From Flexilinea sp. (GTDB lineage: Bacteria > Bacillota > Clostridia > Peptostreptococcales > Anaerovoracaceae): a stretch of DNA of 44,265 nt. Location of the stretch: the NCBI GenBank assembly GCA_963631945.1, contig CAVGSW010000001.1, positions 1-44,265 of the forward strand. The letters run 5' to 3'. The notes below the pieces were generated by a model. It saw nothing but the letters and a program-made list of their open reading frames with translations, made no database searches and had not been told where the DNA came from. This document shows, piece by piece, positions 34,838 to 44,265 of the stretch (position 1 is the stretch's first letter; the number at the start of each line of letters is the position of its first letter). The position numbers were made by a program, and so were the translations under genes.

Positions 34838-37057
34838 ATGAGTGTAAAACTGAAAAAAATCTTAGCCGCACTGGTAATCATTGTACTCGTGTTCGGCTGG
34901 TATGTCACCTTGTTTGGCATAGGTGACTCATCTAAAGACGATGCCATCACATCGGTCAAGTCAGCCTTGAAATACGGTCTTGACATCAATGGTGGTGTAT
35001 ACGTTGTAATGGAAGCGCAGACGGACGCTACAGGCGACGAGCTCGATGAACTCATGGAGCAGACGAGAGCCGTAATCGACAACCGTGTTAACCAGCTCGG
35101 TGTTGCAGAAGCATCCGTAACTATCGAAGGTACGAACCGCATCAGAGTAGAGATGCCAGGCGTTGAAGACGCAGACGAAGCTATCGAGGCTATCGGCCAG
35201 ACAGCACAGCTGTCCTTCATCCTCGCAGATGGTTCCACAGTTCTGACAGGTTCGAACGTAAAGGACGCGCAGGTTGCAACAGACGGAAGTTACTACAAGA
35301 TTCTGCTCGAGTTTGACGACGAAGGCACGACGCTGTTCGAAGAGGGTACACGCAAGGCATATAACCAGGAAGTTACTCCAACTATCGACGGCATGAGCGC
35401 TAACGAAATCGCAATCGTACTCGACGGTGAAATCGTAGTAAGCCCTACAGTACAGCAGGTAATCAGCGGCGGTAGCTGCGAAATGACAGGTAACTACTCC
35501 AAGGAAGAAGCTACAACTACTGCAGCCCTCATCAGAGGCGGCGCACTTCCTGTAGACCTCGTTGAAGTACAGTCATCCGTACAGGCAGCAACAGTAGGCG
35601 CAGATGCCCTCGACAAGTCAATCGTTGCAGGTGCAATCGGCCTCGGAATCGTATTCCTTCTGATGCTCGCATTCTACGGCATGCTCGGATTCATTGCAGA
35701 CATCGCACTTTTGCTCTATGTAATCATGTTCATGTGGTCCATGGTAGCATTCAACGTAGTACTTACATTGCCTGGCATTGCGGCGTTGATACTGTCCATA
35801 GGTATGGCGGTAGACGCGAACGTTATCATCTTTGCTAGAATCAAAGAAGAAATCGCAGCAGGCAAGTCCATCAGAGTCGCTGTAGACGCAGGTTTCAAGA
35901 ACGCGCTCAGCACAGTACTCGATGCACAGATCACAACACTTATCGCTGCAGTTGTACTTTACGAAGTTGGTACGACATCGGTTAAGGGCTTCGCGCTCAC
36001 ATTGATGATCGGTATCATCATCAGTATTTTCACAGCAGTTGTTATAACTCAGCTTTTCATTTCGCTGCTGGCAGAAAGTCCAAAGTTCTGCAAGAACAAA
36101 TACTTCGGATGCAACGAGGACGGTTCGCCTAAGCAAATACTTAACAAGACTTTCTCATTTATTAAACATAGAAAGGTATTCTACATCATCAGCTGCACAA
36201 TCATCGGCGTTGGTATGCTTTGGTCAGTCATTTTCGGCATGAACTATGGTATCGACTTCACTGGTGGTACGACATTCCAGATTGAATTTGGTCAGGAAAT
36301 GGATATCGACGAAGTAGAAGACACGCTCGCAGACTACGAACTTGATCCACAGATCATCTACGCAGGCGAGAACAATACTCAGCTCATCATCAAGACGATC
36401 AAATCACTTGAGAATGCTGACAGAAACGAAATCATCGCTACATTAGAAGACGCTTACGGAATCACGGACGACGACATCCTCGCATCAGAGCAGTTCGGTC
36501 CATCCGTTGGTAACGAACTGAAGGTAAACGCACTCAAGGCTGTAATCATCGCATCCCTTGGCATGCTGATTTACATCATCTTCAGATTCAAATCCTGGAA
36601 ATACGGACTTTCCGCAGTTACTGGCGTAGTACATGACGTACTCGTTGTAATCGCGTTCTACGCAATCTTCGGATACACAGTAAACAACCCGTTCATTGCA
36701 GCAATCCTCACACTCGTAGGTTACTCGATAAACGACACAATCGTAATATTCGACAGAATCAGAGAGAACAAGGCAATTCACCCGAGAAACAGCAACGAGG
36801 AGAATATCGACCTGAGTATCAACCAGACGTTGAACAGAACGATTATGACATCACTGACAACGCTCGTTGTAATGATACCGCTTTGCATCATGGTTTCGTC
36901 ATCCATCAGAGAGTTCATCATTCCACTTATGGTCGGCGTAATCGTAGGTTGCGCATCCTCAATCTTCGTCTGCAGCCCGCTCTACTATGACCTCTGCAAG
37001 AAGGACGAGGGTTCGAAGTACCTGAAGAACAATGCAAAGAAAGCAAAGGCTAAATAA
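34838..37057 (+). CDS. secDF: Fused protein translocase subunit SecDF
   Basis: YGLDINGG, RVNQLGVAE, GMAVDANVIIFARIKEE, GIDFTGG, GYSINDTIVIFDRIREN. Confidence 0.96.
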   Translation: MSVKLKKILAALVIIVLVFGWYVTLFGIGDSSKDDAITSVKSALKYGLDINGGVYVVMEAQTDATGDELDELMEQTRAVIDNRVNQLGVAEASVTIEGTNRIRVEMPGVEDADEAIEAIGQTAQLSFILADGSTVLTGSNVKDAQVATDGSYYKILLEFDDEGTTLFEEGTRKAYNQEVTPTIDGMSANEIAIVLDGEIVVSPTVQQVISGGSCEMTGNYSKEEATTTAALIRGGALPVDLVEVQSSVQAATVGADALDKSIVAGAIGLGIVFLLMLAFYGMLGFIADIALLLYVIMFMWSMVAFNVVLTLPGIAALILSIGMAVDANVIIFARIKEEIAAGKSIRVAVDAGFKNALSTVLDAQITTLIAAVVLYEVGTTSVKGFALTLMIGIIISIFTAVVITQLFISLLAESPKFCKNKYFGCNEDGSPKQILNKTFSFIKHRKVFYIISCTIIGVGMLWSVIFGMNYGIDFTGGTTFQIEFGQEMDIDEVEDTLADYELDPQIIYAGENNTQLIIKTIKSLENADRNEIIATLEDAYGITDDDILASEQFGPSVGNELKVNALKAVIIASLGMLIYIIFRFKSWKYGLSAVTGVVHDVLVVIAFYAIFGYTVNNPFIAAILTLVGYSINDTIVIFDRIRENKAIHPRNSNEENIDLSINQTLNRTIMTSLTTLVVMIPLCIMVSSSIREFIIPLMVGVIVGCASSIFVCSPLYYDLCKKDEGSKYLKNNAKKAKAK

Positions 37058-37104
37058 AAAATTTAGCAGCAAAATTCTAAAAAAACAAATTATTAGGAGA
37101 AAAG

Positions 37105-39306
37105 ATGTTAACAAAGGCCGAGTTTTTAGAAAAAATATTAAGTATGAATTCTAAATACAACACCGAACTGATTGGAAGAGCGTTCGATACAGCCAAGACT
37201 CTGCACGAGGGGCAGCTGCGCAAGAGCGGTGAACCGTATTTTATTCACCCGATAAACGTAGCGCTGATACTCGCAGAGATGGGCATGGACGATGCGACAA
37301 TCGTCGGTGGGCTTTTGCATGACGTCGTTGAAGACACGGAATATACCAGAGAGCAGCTCGTCGCCGACTTTGGCGAGGAGATTGCTCTTTTGGTAGATGG
37401 TGTCACCAAGTTGGGCGCCATCAAATTCGAAAGCAAAGAAGAAATCCAGGCGGAGAACTTCCGCAAGATGTTCCTGGCGATGAGCAAGGACATCCGCGTT
37501 CTCATCATCAAGCTTGCCGACAGGCTGCACAACATGAGAACGATGAAATACATGAAACCAGAGAAAATCGTTGAAAAATGCAACGAAACCCTGGAGATTT
37601 ACGCACCGCTTGCATCGAGACTCGGTATATTCACCATCAAATTCGAACTTGAAGATCTGGCACTGCAATACCTGCATCCAGAGGAATTCGAAGACCTCAA
37701 GCAGAAAGTCAGCAAGCGCAAAGAAGAAAGAGAAGAGACCATCAACACCGTAATCGGTGAAATTAAGGAGTCTCTCGATGATATGGACCTGCATTATGAT
37801 ATTTACGGCAGGGCGAAACACTATTACAGCATTTACCGTAAGATGAAGTTCCAGCACAAGCAAATCGACGAAATCTTCGACCTAATCGCTGTAAGAATAA
37901 TAGTAGATAGCATCAAGGAATGCTACGCAGTGCTTGGAATCGTCCACACTATGTGGAAGCCGATCCCAGGCAGATTCAAGGATTACATTGCAATGCCGAA
38001 GCCGAACATGTACCAGTCGCTTCACACGACGGTAATCGGCGATAACGGCGAACCATTCGAAATTCAGATAAGAACATATGAGATGCACAAAGTTGCTGAA
38101 TATGGTATCGCAGCCCACTGGAAGTACAAGGAAGGCGATACATCCGGCACCGCATCCAATGATGACATAAAATTAGCATGGCTCAGGCAATCGCTTGAGT
38201 GGCAGAAAGACATAAACGACCCGAAGGACTTCCTCGAGACGATGAAAATGGACCTGTTCGCAAGTCAGGTATTCGTATTCACGCCGCAAGGGGACGTTAT
38301 CGAGCTCCCAGCGGGTTCCACACCGCTTGACTTCGCGTTCAAGATTCACTCGGCCATCGGCTGCAAGTGCGTAGGCGCGAAGGTAAACGGCAAAATGGTT
38401 ACGATTGACTATACGCTTCAGAACGGCGATATCGTTGAAATTGTAACATCCGCCAACTCGTCTGGTCCGAGCGTAGACTGGCTGAAGATCGCCAAGAGCT
38501 CCAACGCCAGAAACAAGATTAGAGCTTGGCTAAAGAAAGAAAACAAGTCAGACAATATAGATAAGGGCAAAGACCTGCTCGACAAATACGTTCGCAAGAA
38601 GGGCTACGACCCATCGAATGTAATCAAATCCGCATACGTAACGAAGGCCGCAAAGGCTCTCAATTACGCAAACACGGACGAGGCATATGCACAGCTTGCA
38701 AACGGCGGAACGCTCGTAAGTAAATTCGCGAACCTGCTTTTCAGCTACTACGCTGAGGAAAAGCCAGCTGAAATCAAGTCAAACGAAGCGGTTATCGACG
38801 AGATTAAGGCAGCCGAGGCTCGCAAGGCGAAACTCAATCGCCGCCAGAAGGATAACCCTGGCATCGTAGTCGAAGGCATGGATAACCTGATGGTTAAGCT
38901 CGCTAAGTGCTGCAACCCAGTACCTGGCGACGATATCATAGGCTTTATCACGAAGGGCAGAGGGATTTCCGTTCACAGATGCGACTGTTCGAACATCGTG
39001 GCGCTTCCTGAGGCTGAGAAGCAGAGATTCATCCACGTTGAGTGGGAGAACCTCAAGGAAGGAAAGTCCTACAACGCAGATATTTGCATCATAGGTAACG
39101 ACAGAAAGGGCATACTCTCCGATATTTCGAGGGTTTGCGAGGATATGGACATCCACCTTTCCGGAGTAAATGCGAAGAGCGGCAAGGACGGAAGTCTGAT
39201 GATGACGATTACGCTGTCGATTTCCAGTACGCAGGAGATGCAGAAGGTACTCCGCAGTCTGAGGAACATCAGCGGAGTTACGCAGGTTTACAGAGCCAAA
39301 TCTTAA
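37105..39306 (+). CDS. rel: Bifunctional (p)ppGpp synthetase/hydrolase Rel
   Basis: RKSGEPYFIHP, HDVVED, KLADRLHNMRT, RFKDYI, EIQIRT, AAHWKYK, TGS, CC and ACT domains. Confidence 0.97.
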   Translation: MLTKAEFLEKILSMNSKYNTELIGRAFDTAKTLHEGQLRKSGEPYFIHPINVALILAEMGMDDATIVGGLLHDVVEDTEYTREQLVADFGEEIALLVDGVTKLGAIKFESKEEIQAENFRKMFLAMSKDIRVLIIKLADRLHNMRTMKYMKPEKIVEKCNETLEIYAPLASRLGIFTIKFELEDLALQYLHPEEFEDLKQKVSKRKEEREETINTVIGEIKESLDDMDLHYDIYGRAKHYYSIYRKMKFQHKQIDEIFDLIAVRIIVDSIKECYAVLGIVHTMWKPIPGRFKDYIAMPKPNMYQSLHTTVIGDNGEPFEIQIRTYEMHKVAEYGIAAHWKYKEGDTSGTASNDDIKLAWLRQSLEWQKDINDPKDFLETMKMDLFASQVFVFTPQGDVIELPAGSTPLDFAFKIHSAIGCKCVGAKVNGKMVTIDYTLQNGDIVEIVTSANSSGPSVDWLKIAKSSNARNKIRAWLKKENKSDNIDKGKDLLDKYVRKKGYDPSNVIKSAYVTKAAKALNYANTDEAYAQLANGGTLVSKFANLLFSYYAEEKPAEIKSNEAVIDEIKAAEARKAKLNRRQKDNPGIVVEGMDNLMVKLAKCCNPVPGDDIIGFITKGRGISVHRCDCSNIVALPEAEKQRFIHVEWENLKEGKSYNADICIIGNDRKGILSDISRVCEDMDIHLSGVNAKSGKDGSLMMTITLSISSTQEMQKVLRSLRNISGVTQVYRAKS

Positions 39307-39321
39307 TTCAAGAGGTAATAT

Positions 39322-39771
39322 ATGAGGGCTGTAGTGCAGCGCGTTACGGAAGGTAGCGTTAGCGTTGAAAATAAGATAGTTGGCCAGATTGGAGCTGGCA
39401 TGGTCATTCTCCTCGGCGTTGAAGATGGCGATACGGAGAAGGACGCGGATTACATAGCAGACAAGGTCGCAGGTTTACGCATTTTCGACGATGAGAACGG
39501 CGTTATGAACATCTCAATCACGGATGCAGGCGGCGAGATTCTCTCGATTTCGCAGTTTACGCTTTTGGCGGACGCTCGCAAGGGCAAGAGACCGAGCTAT
39601 ATCAAGGCTGCTCGCCCAGAGGAAGCGAATAAGCTCTACGAGTACTTCAACGAGAAGCTCGAGGATAAGGGCATCCACGTGGAGACAGGGATTTTCCAGA
39701 CGGATATGCTCGTGAAGATAAACAACGATGGACCAGTTACAATTTTGTTAGACAGCAAGAAATTGTTTTAG
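39322..39771 (+). CDS. dtd: D-aminoacyl-tRNA deacylase
   Basis: MRAVVQRV, LRIF, SQFTL, NDGPVT. Confidence 0.97.
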   Translation: MRAVVQRVTEGSVSVENKIVGQIGAGMVILLGVEDGDTEKDADYIADKVAGLRIFDDENGVMNISITDAGGEILSISQFTLLADARKGKRPSYIKAARPEEANKLYEYFNEKLEDKGIHVETGIFQTDMLVKINNDGPVTILLDSKKLF

Positions 39772-39781
39772 GAGTGTGGAG

Positions 39782-40402
39782 ATGAAGATATTTTCATATA
39801 TTACTGGGCCGATTCAGGTCAATACATATTTAGTTTATGATGAGATCACAATGAAGGGATTCATCGTCGATCCTGGCGATTACTCGCCGAAGCTTAGCAA
39901 GATGGCGATGGACCTTGGAATTGACATAGAGTACATAATTCTCACGCACGGTCACGGCGACCATATCGGCGGAGTTGAAAGGTTCAAACGCGACTTTTCG
40001 TCCGCTAAGCTCGTGGCGCATGAGAAGGAGAAGGAGATGCTCTCAGACGCAGTTATGAACTGCTCCGCAGAGTTTTTCCCTGGTGGCGTAACGCTTACAC
40101 CTGACATTTGGGTCAAGGATGGCGATAAGCTTCAGGTCGGCGACATGGAGCTGAAGATCATCCATACACCTGGACATACGCCAGGCGGCATGAGCATATA
40201 CGTTGATAACACACTGTTCAGCGGCGATACGCTCTTCAGATATTCCGTTGGCAGAACAGACTTCCCAGGCGGCGACCAGAGAGCGCTCATCAATTCGATC
40301 AAGGACAGGCTCTTCCACTTGCCAGACGACACGAGGGTGCTTCCGGGACACATGGGAGAGACCACGATTGGAGACGAGAAGAAAGGAAATCCTTTTGTAT
40401 AA
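39782..40402 (+). CDS. MBL-fold metallo-hydrolase (glyoxalase II-like)
   Basis: THGHGDHIGG, HTPGHTPG, FSGDTLF, GRTDFPGG, PGH; ATG 39782. Confidence 0.92.
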   Translation: MKIFSYITGPIQVNTYLVYDEITMKGFIVDPGDYSPKLSKMAMDLGIDIEYIILTHGHGDHIGGVERFKRDFSSAKLVAHEKEKEMLSDAVMNCSAEFFPGGVTLTPDIWVKDGDKLQVGDMELKIIHTPGHTPGGMSIYVDNTLFSGDTLFRYSVGRTDFPGGDQRALINSIKDRLFHLPDDTRVLPGHMGETTIGDEKKGNPFV

Positions 40403-41801
40403 TATCATCTTAAGAAACGTCGAGAACAAATACGATTTCGCGGAGCTCATCAAGATTTTCCTTAGGCCAGAGGAGTTCACGCTATACACAGAGGCGGAAC
40501 TCGCAGAGGTCGAGAAGCAAGCTGAAGCCGTTGAAAATACTGGCTCAGAGCAAATCGTATTTAACGAGAAACTCTCGACAGATAAAAACGAAATCAAGCG
40601 AGAGATTTACAATAAATTATTTTCGTTAACTGGCGAGAAACCCGAGTGGGGAATACTCACAGGCGTCAGACCGGTCAAACTCACAGGCGAAATCTTTGAT
40701 AGAGCCGGCGATAAGAAGAGGGTCGAGGAAATCCTCAGAACCGAGTACTTGCTCGCTGATGAGAAGATAAAGCTCCTCATTGACACATACACATATCAGC
40801 AGGAATGCTTCGGCAAACCCGCCAGAAGCTCAGTTGGACTTTACATCGGAATTCCATTTTGCCCGACGAGATGCCTATATTGCTCGTTCACATCCAACCA
40901 AGTTGGCGATGCAGAGATAGCAAGGTATCTGGAAGCTTTGAGGACAGAGATCCAGTACGTCGGCAGGCGAATGAGGGAGACAGGGCTCTTTGCTGAGAGC
41001 ATATACATAGGCGGCGGAACGCCGACGACGCTGACGGCAGAGCAGCTCGATGATTTGCTCACAACGGTCGAGGAGAATATTGACCTAGCTAGCGTCAAGG
41101 AGTTCACCGTAGAAGCTGGTCGCCCAGAGACCATCACATACGAGAAGCTGAGGACAATCAAGTCACACAATATTGAAAGAATCAGCATAAACCCGCAGAC
41201 GATGCACCAGAAGACGCTCGAGATAATCGGAAGGCAGCATAAGCCAGAAGACATAATCGAGGCTTTTGAGAGAGCAAAGGAAGTGGGGATTGGCATAATA
41301 AACGCTGATCTTATAACAGGACTGCCGGGTGAGAGCCCAGAAGACTTTGAGGAGACACTTGACAAGGTCATGGTTCTTGACCCAGAGAACATAACAGTCC
41401 ATACGCTGGCGGTCAAGCGTGCATCTAGGCTTGTCGAGCTTGATAAAGATTTTCATTATAAGCAAGCCCAGACGGTCAAGGATATGCTTGGAATCGCCAA
41501 AGAAAAGCTCGCAGAGAACGGCTTTCGCCCGTATTACCTTTATCGGCAGAAGCACATGGCGGGAGCATTCGAAAACACAGGATATTGCAAGGACGGCGCA
41601 GCAAGCCTTTACAATGTCCGCATAATGGAAGAAAAACAGACCATAATCGCACTCGGAGCAGGCGGCATCAGCAAGATGTACTACCCAGACGAGAACAGAC
41701 TCGAGCGAGTGCCAAATGTATCAAATTACGAAATCTATATTTCCCGATTAGAGGAAATGCTGGATAGAAAAGAACAAAAAATTTTTAAGGAGGTAAACTA
41801 G
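40395..41801 (+). CDS. hemZ: HemZ-like radical SAM protein (coproporphyrinogen dehydrogenase family)
   Basis: WGILTGVRP, CPTRCLYC, YIGGGTPT, EAGRPET, PYYLYRQK; TTG start 40395 with AAAGGA SD. Confidence 0.9.
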   Translation: MYNIILRNVENKYDFAELIKIFLRPEEFTLYTEAELAEVEKQAEAVENTGSEQIVFNEKLSTDKNEIKREIYNKLFSLTGEKPEWGILTGVRPVKLTGEIFDRAGDKKRVEEILRTEYLLADEKIKLLIDTYTYQQECFGKPARSSVGLYIGIPFCPTRCLYCSFTSNQVGDAEIARYLEALRTEIQYVGRRMRETGLFAESIYIGGGTPTTLTAEQLDDLLTTVEENIDLASVKEFTVEAGRPETITYEKLRTIKSHNIERISINPQTMHQKTLEIIGRQHKPEDIIEAFERAKEVGIGIINADLITGLPGESPEDFEETLDKVMVLDPENITVHTLAVKRASRLVELDKDFHYKQAQTVKDMLGIAKEKLAENGFRPYYLYRQKHMAGAFENTGYCKDGAASLYNVRIMEEKQTIIALGAGGISKMYYPDENRLERVPNVSNYEIYISRLEEMLDRKEQKIFKEVN

Positions 41802-41802
41802 C

Positions 41803-43074
41803 ATGTTAACAAATGCCCCAAAGGGAACCAAAGACATTATGATGGATCAGGTGTATAAGTGGCATTACATCGAAAAGAAATGGAAAGAAATTTGTGCAAG
41901 ATACGGCTTCAAAGAGATAAGGACGCCGATGTTTGAACATACAGAACTTCTTCAGAGAGGCGTAGGTGATACTACAGATATAGTTCAGAAGGAAATGTAT
42001 ACTTTCAACGACCACGGTGGACGTTCAATCACGCTTAAGCCAGAGGGAACATCCCCTGCAGTTCGTGCTTTCATCGAGCACAAGCAATACGCAGAGGTAC
42101 AGCCAATCAAGCTTTACTACGACATTCCTTGCTTCCGTTACGAGAAGCCGCAATCAGGTCGTCTGAGACAGTTCCACCAGTTCGGTGTTGAGACATTCGG
42201 AACTCCGAACATGATCGCAGACGCAGAGATTATCGCAATCGGCTATGATTTCCTGACATCCATGGGAGTAACTGACCTCACACTTGAGATTAACTCCGTT
42301 GGCTGCCCACACTGCCGTGCTGAGCACAGAAAAGCGCTCAAGGAATTCCTCAAGCCAAAGTACGACCAGCTTTGCGATACTTGCAAGTCAAGATACGAGA
42401 AGAACCCGATGAGAATTCTCGACTGCAAGAGCCCAATCGACCAGGAGCTCGTACAGGGAGCACCTATGATGATCGACTTCCTTTGCGACGAATGTAAGGA
42501 AGCATTCGATGACCTTCAGAAGAACCTCAAGGCACTCGAGATTCCATTCGTAATCAATCCAAAGATCGTAAGAGGACTTGACTATTACACAAAGACAGCG
42601 TTCGAATTCGTTACAAACAGCCTTGGTGCACAGGGCACAGTTTGCGGCGGAGGCAGATATGATAACCTTGTATCCGAGGTAGGCGGACCTCCAATCCCAG
42701 GCGTAGGCTTCGGTCTCGGCAAGGAAAGACTCCTCATGCTCATGGAAGCAAACGGCGTTGAAATTCCAAAGCCAAGAGATTGCGATGTTTTCGTAGCAAC
42801 TATGGGCGAGAAGGCAAGACTCTACGGACAGAAGCTCCTCTTTGATATGAGAAGAGCAGGTCTGAATGCGCAGATTGACGACCTTCAGAGAAACTTCAAG
42901 GGTCAGTTCAAGTATGCAGACAGACTCGGTGCAATCTACACTGTAGTAATCGGTGACAACGAGCTTGAGTCAGGCGTTGCAACGCTCAAGGACATGACAA
43001 AGGGCGAGCAGACAGAAGTTAAGTTTGCTGACCTCATCGACGAGCTCAAGAAAAAGCTTGAAGCAGAAGCATAG
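41803..43074 (+). CDS. hisS: Histidine--tRNA ligase
   Basis: PKGTKD, KEMYTF, FRYEKPQSGRLRQFHQ, VRGLDYY, GGGRYD. Confidence 0.98.
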   Translation: MLTNAPKGTKDIMMDQVYKWHYIEKKWKEICARYGFKEIRTPMFEHTELLQRGVGDTTDIVQKEMYTFNDHGGRSITLKPEGTSPAVRAFIEHKQYAEVQPIKLYYDIPCFRYEKPQSGRLRQFHQFGVETFGTPNMIADAEIIAIGYDFLTSMGVTDLTLEINSVGCPHCRAEHRKALKEFLKPKYDQLCDTCKSRYEKNPMRILDCKSPIDQELVQGAPMMIDFLCDECKEAFDDLQKNLKALEIPFVINPKIVRGLDYYTKTAFEFVTNSLGAQGTVCGGGRYDNLVSEVGGPPIPGVGFGLGKERLLMLMEANGVEIPKPRDCDVFVATMGEKARLYGQKLLFDMRRAGLNAQIDDLQRNFKGQFKYADRLGAIYTVVIGDNELESGVATLKDMTKGEQTEVKFADLIDELKKKLEAEA

Positions 43075-43084
43075 ATAAAAATTT

Positions 43085-43130
43085 AGGCGAGATCTGGCGG
43101 AAACATGAGATTTTCGGTCAGGTCTTGCTT
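43085..43130 (+). other. G.U-rich stem-loop between hisS and aspS
   Basis: AGGCGAGATCTGGCGGAAA / TTTCGGTCAGGTCTTGCTT. Confidence 0.6.
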
Positions 43131-43177
43131 TGATGTTTTGATAAAAAATATTTAAGATAAATTAAGGAAAAAGAAAA

Positions 43178-44265
43178 ATGAGTGAAATTTTTAAGAGAAC
43201 GCATATGTGCGGCACTTTGAACATCAGCAACGTTGGACAGGACGTAGTCCTCAACGGCTGGGTAGCAAAGAGAAGAAACCTCGGCGGACTTATTTTCGTT
43301 GACCTGAGAGACAAGACTGGTATCGTTCAGGTTACATTTGATGATAAGATTCCGCAGGAGCTCTTTGACAAGGCTGACGCACTCAGAAGCGAGTATGTAA
43401 TCGGAGTCAAGGGTGTAGTAAAGGAAAGAAGCGCAAAGAACGAGAACCTGCCAACAGGCGAAATCGAAGTATTTGCAAACGATCTCGTGCTTTACTCAGA
43501 GGCTGACACACCGCCGATTTACATCAAGGACGACGACAACGTAGACGACAACCTGAGACTGAAATATAGATATCTCGACCTCAGAAAGACGAAGATGCAG
43601 AGAAACCTCACATTCAGACACAAAGTTTGCAAGTGTGCGCGTGACTACTTCGACGAAAACGGCTTTACAGAGGTTGAAACTCCAATGCTCATCAAGTCAA
43701 CTCCAGAGGGTGCGCGTGACTACATCGTTCCTTCGAGAGTTTATCCAGGAGAATTCTACGCACTTCCGCAATCACCGCAGCTCTTCAAGCAGCTCCTCAT
43801 GGTAGGCGGAACTGATAGATATATGCAAATCGTAAAGTGCTTCCGTGACGAGGACCTCAGAGCAGACAGACAGCCTGAGTTCACACAGATTGACCTTGAG
43901 ATGTCATTCGTTGACCAGGACGATGTAATCGCAATTCAGGAAGGATTCCTTAAGAAGGTATTCCATGACCTCAAGGGCGTAGACATCCAGACTCCGCTTC
44001 CAAGAATGACTTGGGACGAGGCTATGGAGCGTTACGGCTCGGATAAGCCAGATACGAGATTCGGATTTGAACTCAAGAAGCTCAATGACGTTGTAGCAGG
44101 CTGCGGATTCAAGGTATTTACTGATTGCTTGGCTAACGGCGGAGATGTTAGAGGCATCTGCGTAACAGGTGGCTCAGAGGCATTCAGCCGCAAGGATATC
44201 GACAAACTCACTGATATGACAAAGTCCTATGGTGCAAAGGGACTCGTATGGATCAGAGTAAACGA
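43178..44265 (+). CDS. aspS: Aspartate--tRNA ligase, 3' end beyond the window (absent from the ORF track)
   Basis: My translation: MSEIFKRTHMCG..., NGWVAKRRNLGGLIFVDLRD, RLKYRYLDLR, STPEGARDY, ALPQSPQLFKQLLM, CFRDEDLRADRQPEFTQID; hisS-aspS synteny. Confidence 0.97.
   Translation, partial: MSEIFKRTHMCGTLNISNVGQDVVLNGWVAKRRNLGGLIFVDLRDKTGIVQVTFDDKIPQELFDKADALRSEYVIGVKGVVKERSAKNENLPTGEIEVFANDLVLYSEADTPPIYIKDDDNVDDNLRLKYRYLDLRKTKMQRNLTFRHKVCKCARDYFDENGFTEVETPMLIKSTPEGARDYIVPSRVYPGEFYALPQSPQLFKQLLMVGGTDRYMQIVKCFRDEDLRADRQPEFTQIDLEMSFVDQDDVIAIQEGFLKKVFHDLKGVDIQTPLPRMTWDEAMERYGSDKPDTRFGFELKKLNDVVAGCGFKVFTDCLANGGDVRGICVTGGSEAFSRKDIDKLTDMTKSYGAKGLVWIRVN

Noticed and set aside
34351..34871. Small ORFs across the yajC-secDF spacer (34579-34773 +, 34535-34792 -, 34407-34871 -)
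   Set aside because: Open frames arise from the stop-poor GC palindrome and the antisense of the yajC tail; no SD; they cross terminator and promoter signals.
291..42428. Numerous antisense and alternate-frame ORFs in the track (e.g. 8415-9257 -, 10669-11397 +, 17086-17874 -, 24807-25628 -, 37138-37863 -)
   Set aside because: They overlap well-supported genes, show no recognisable motifs, and are expected shadows of biased codon usage.
43255..43310. Non-discriminating AspRS
   Set aside because: The motif reads RRNLGG rather than the His-containing RDHGG typical of non-discriminating bacterial AspRS; most likely an ordinary discriminating enzyme.

Overview
Core-chromosome window of a Clostridia-type Firmicute (moderate GC, sigma-A promoters; Eubacteriales-like, by inference). 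It contains a 5'-truncated HAMP-GGDEF gene, a PBP1A gene, comEC-holA-DMT, argR-recN divergent from ruvCAB-queA, a trimeric HydCBA [FeFe]-hydrogenase operon, prfC, a MATE transporter, a large double-ASKHA dehydratase-activator-like gene, yebC followed by a 6S RNA, polA-coaE-orphan family-5 SBP, tRNA-Leu(CAA)-yajC, secDF, rel-dtd-MBL-hemZ-hisS and a 3'-truncated aspS. I found no integrase, transposase, phage or CRISPR. The most notable observations are: (i) a HydB/NuoF subunit with bifurcating signatures but Ala at the conserved NADH-discriminating Glu (CGEATAL), suggesting NADP(H) use; (ii) four intergenic CTCTCCA heptamer arrays whose orientation tracks transcription (G-rich strand in mRNA, C-rich strand in read-through or antisense RNA); (iii) a GC-rich 24-bp perfect palindromic element, and a possibly related in-frame insert flanked by 11-bp direct repeats in comEC; (iv) a LexA-like box in the ruvCAB promoter; (v) a probable lost stop codon that makes one CDS run over the yebC promoter.
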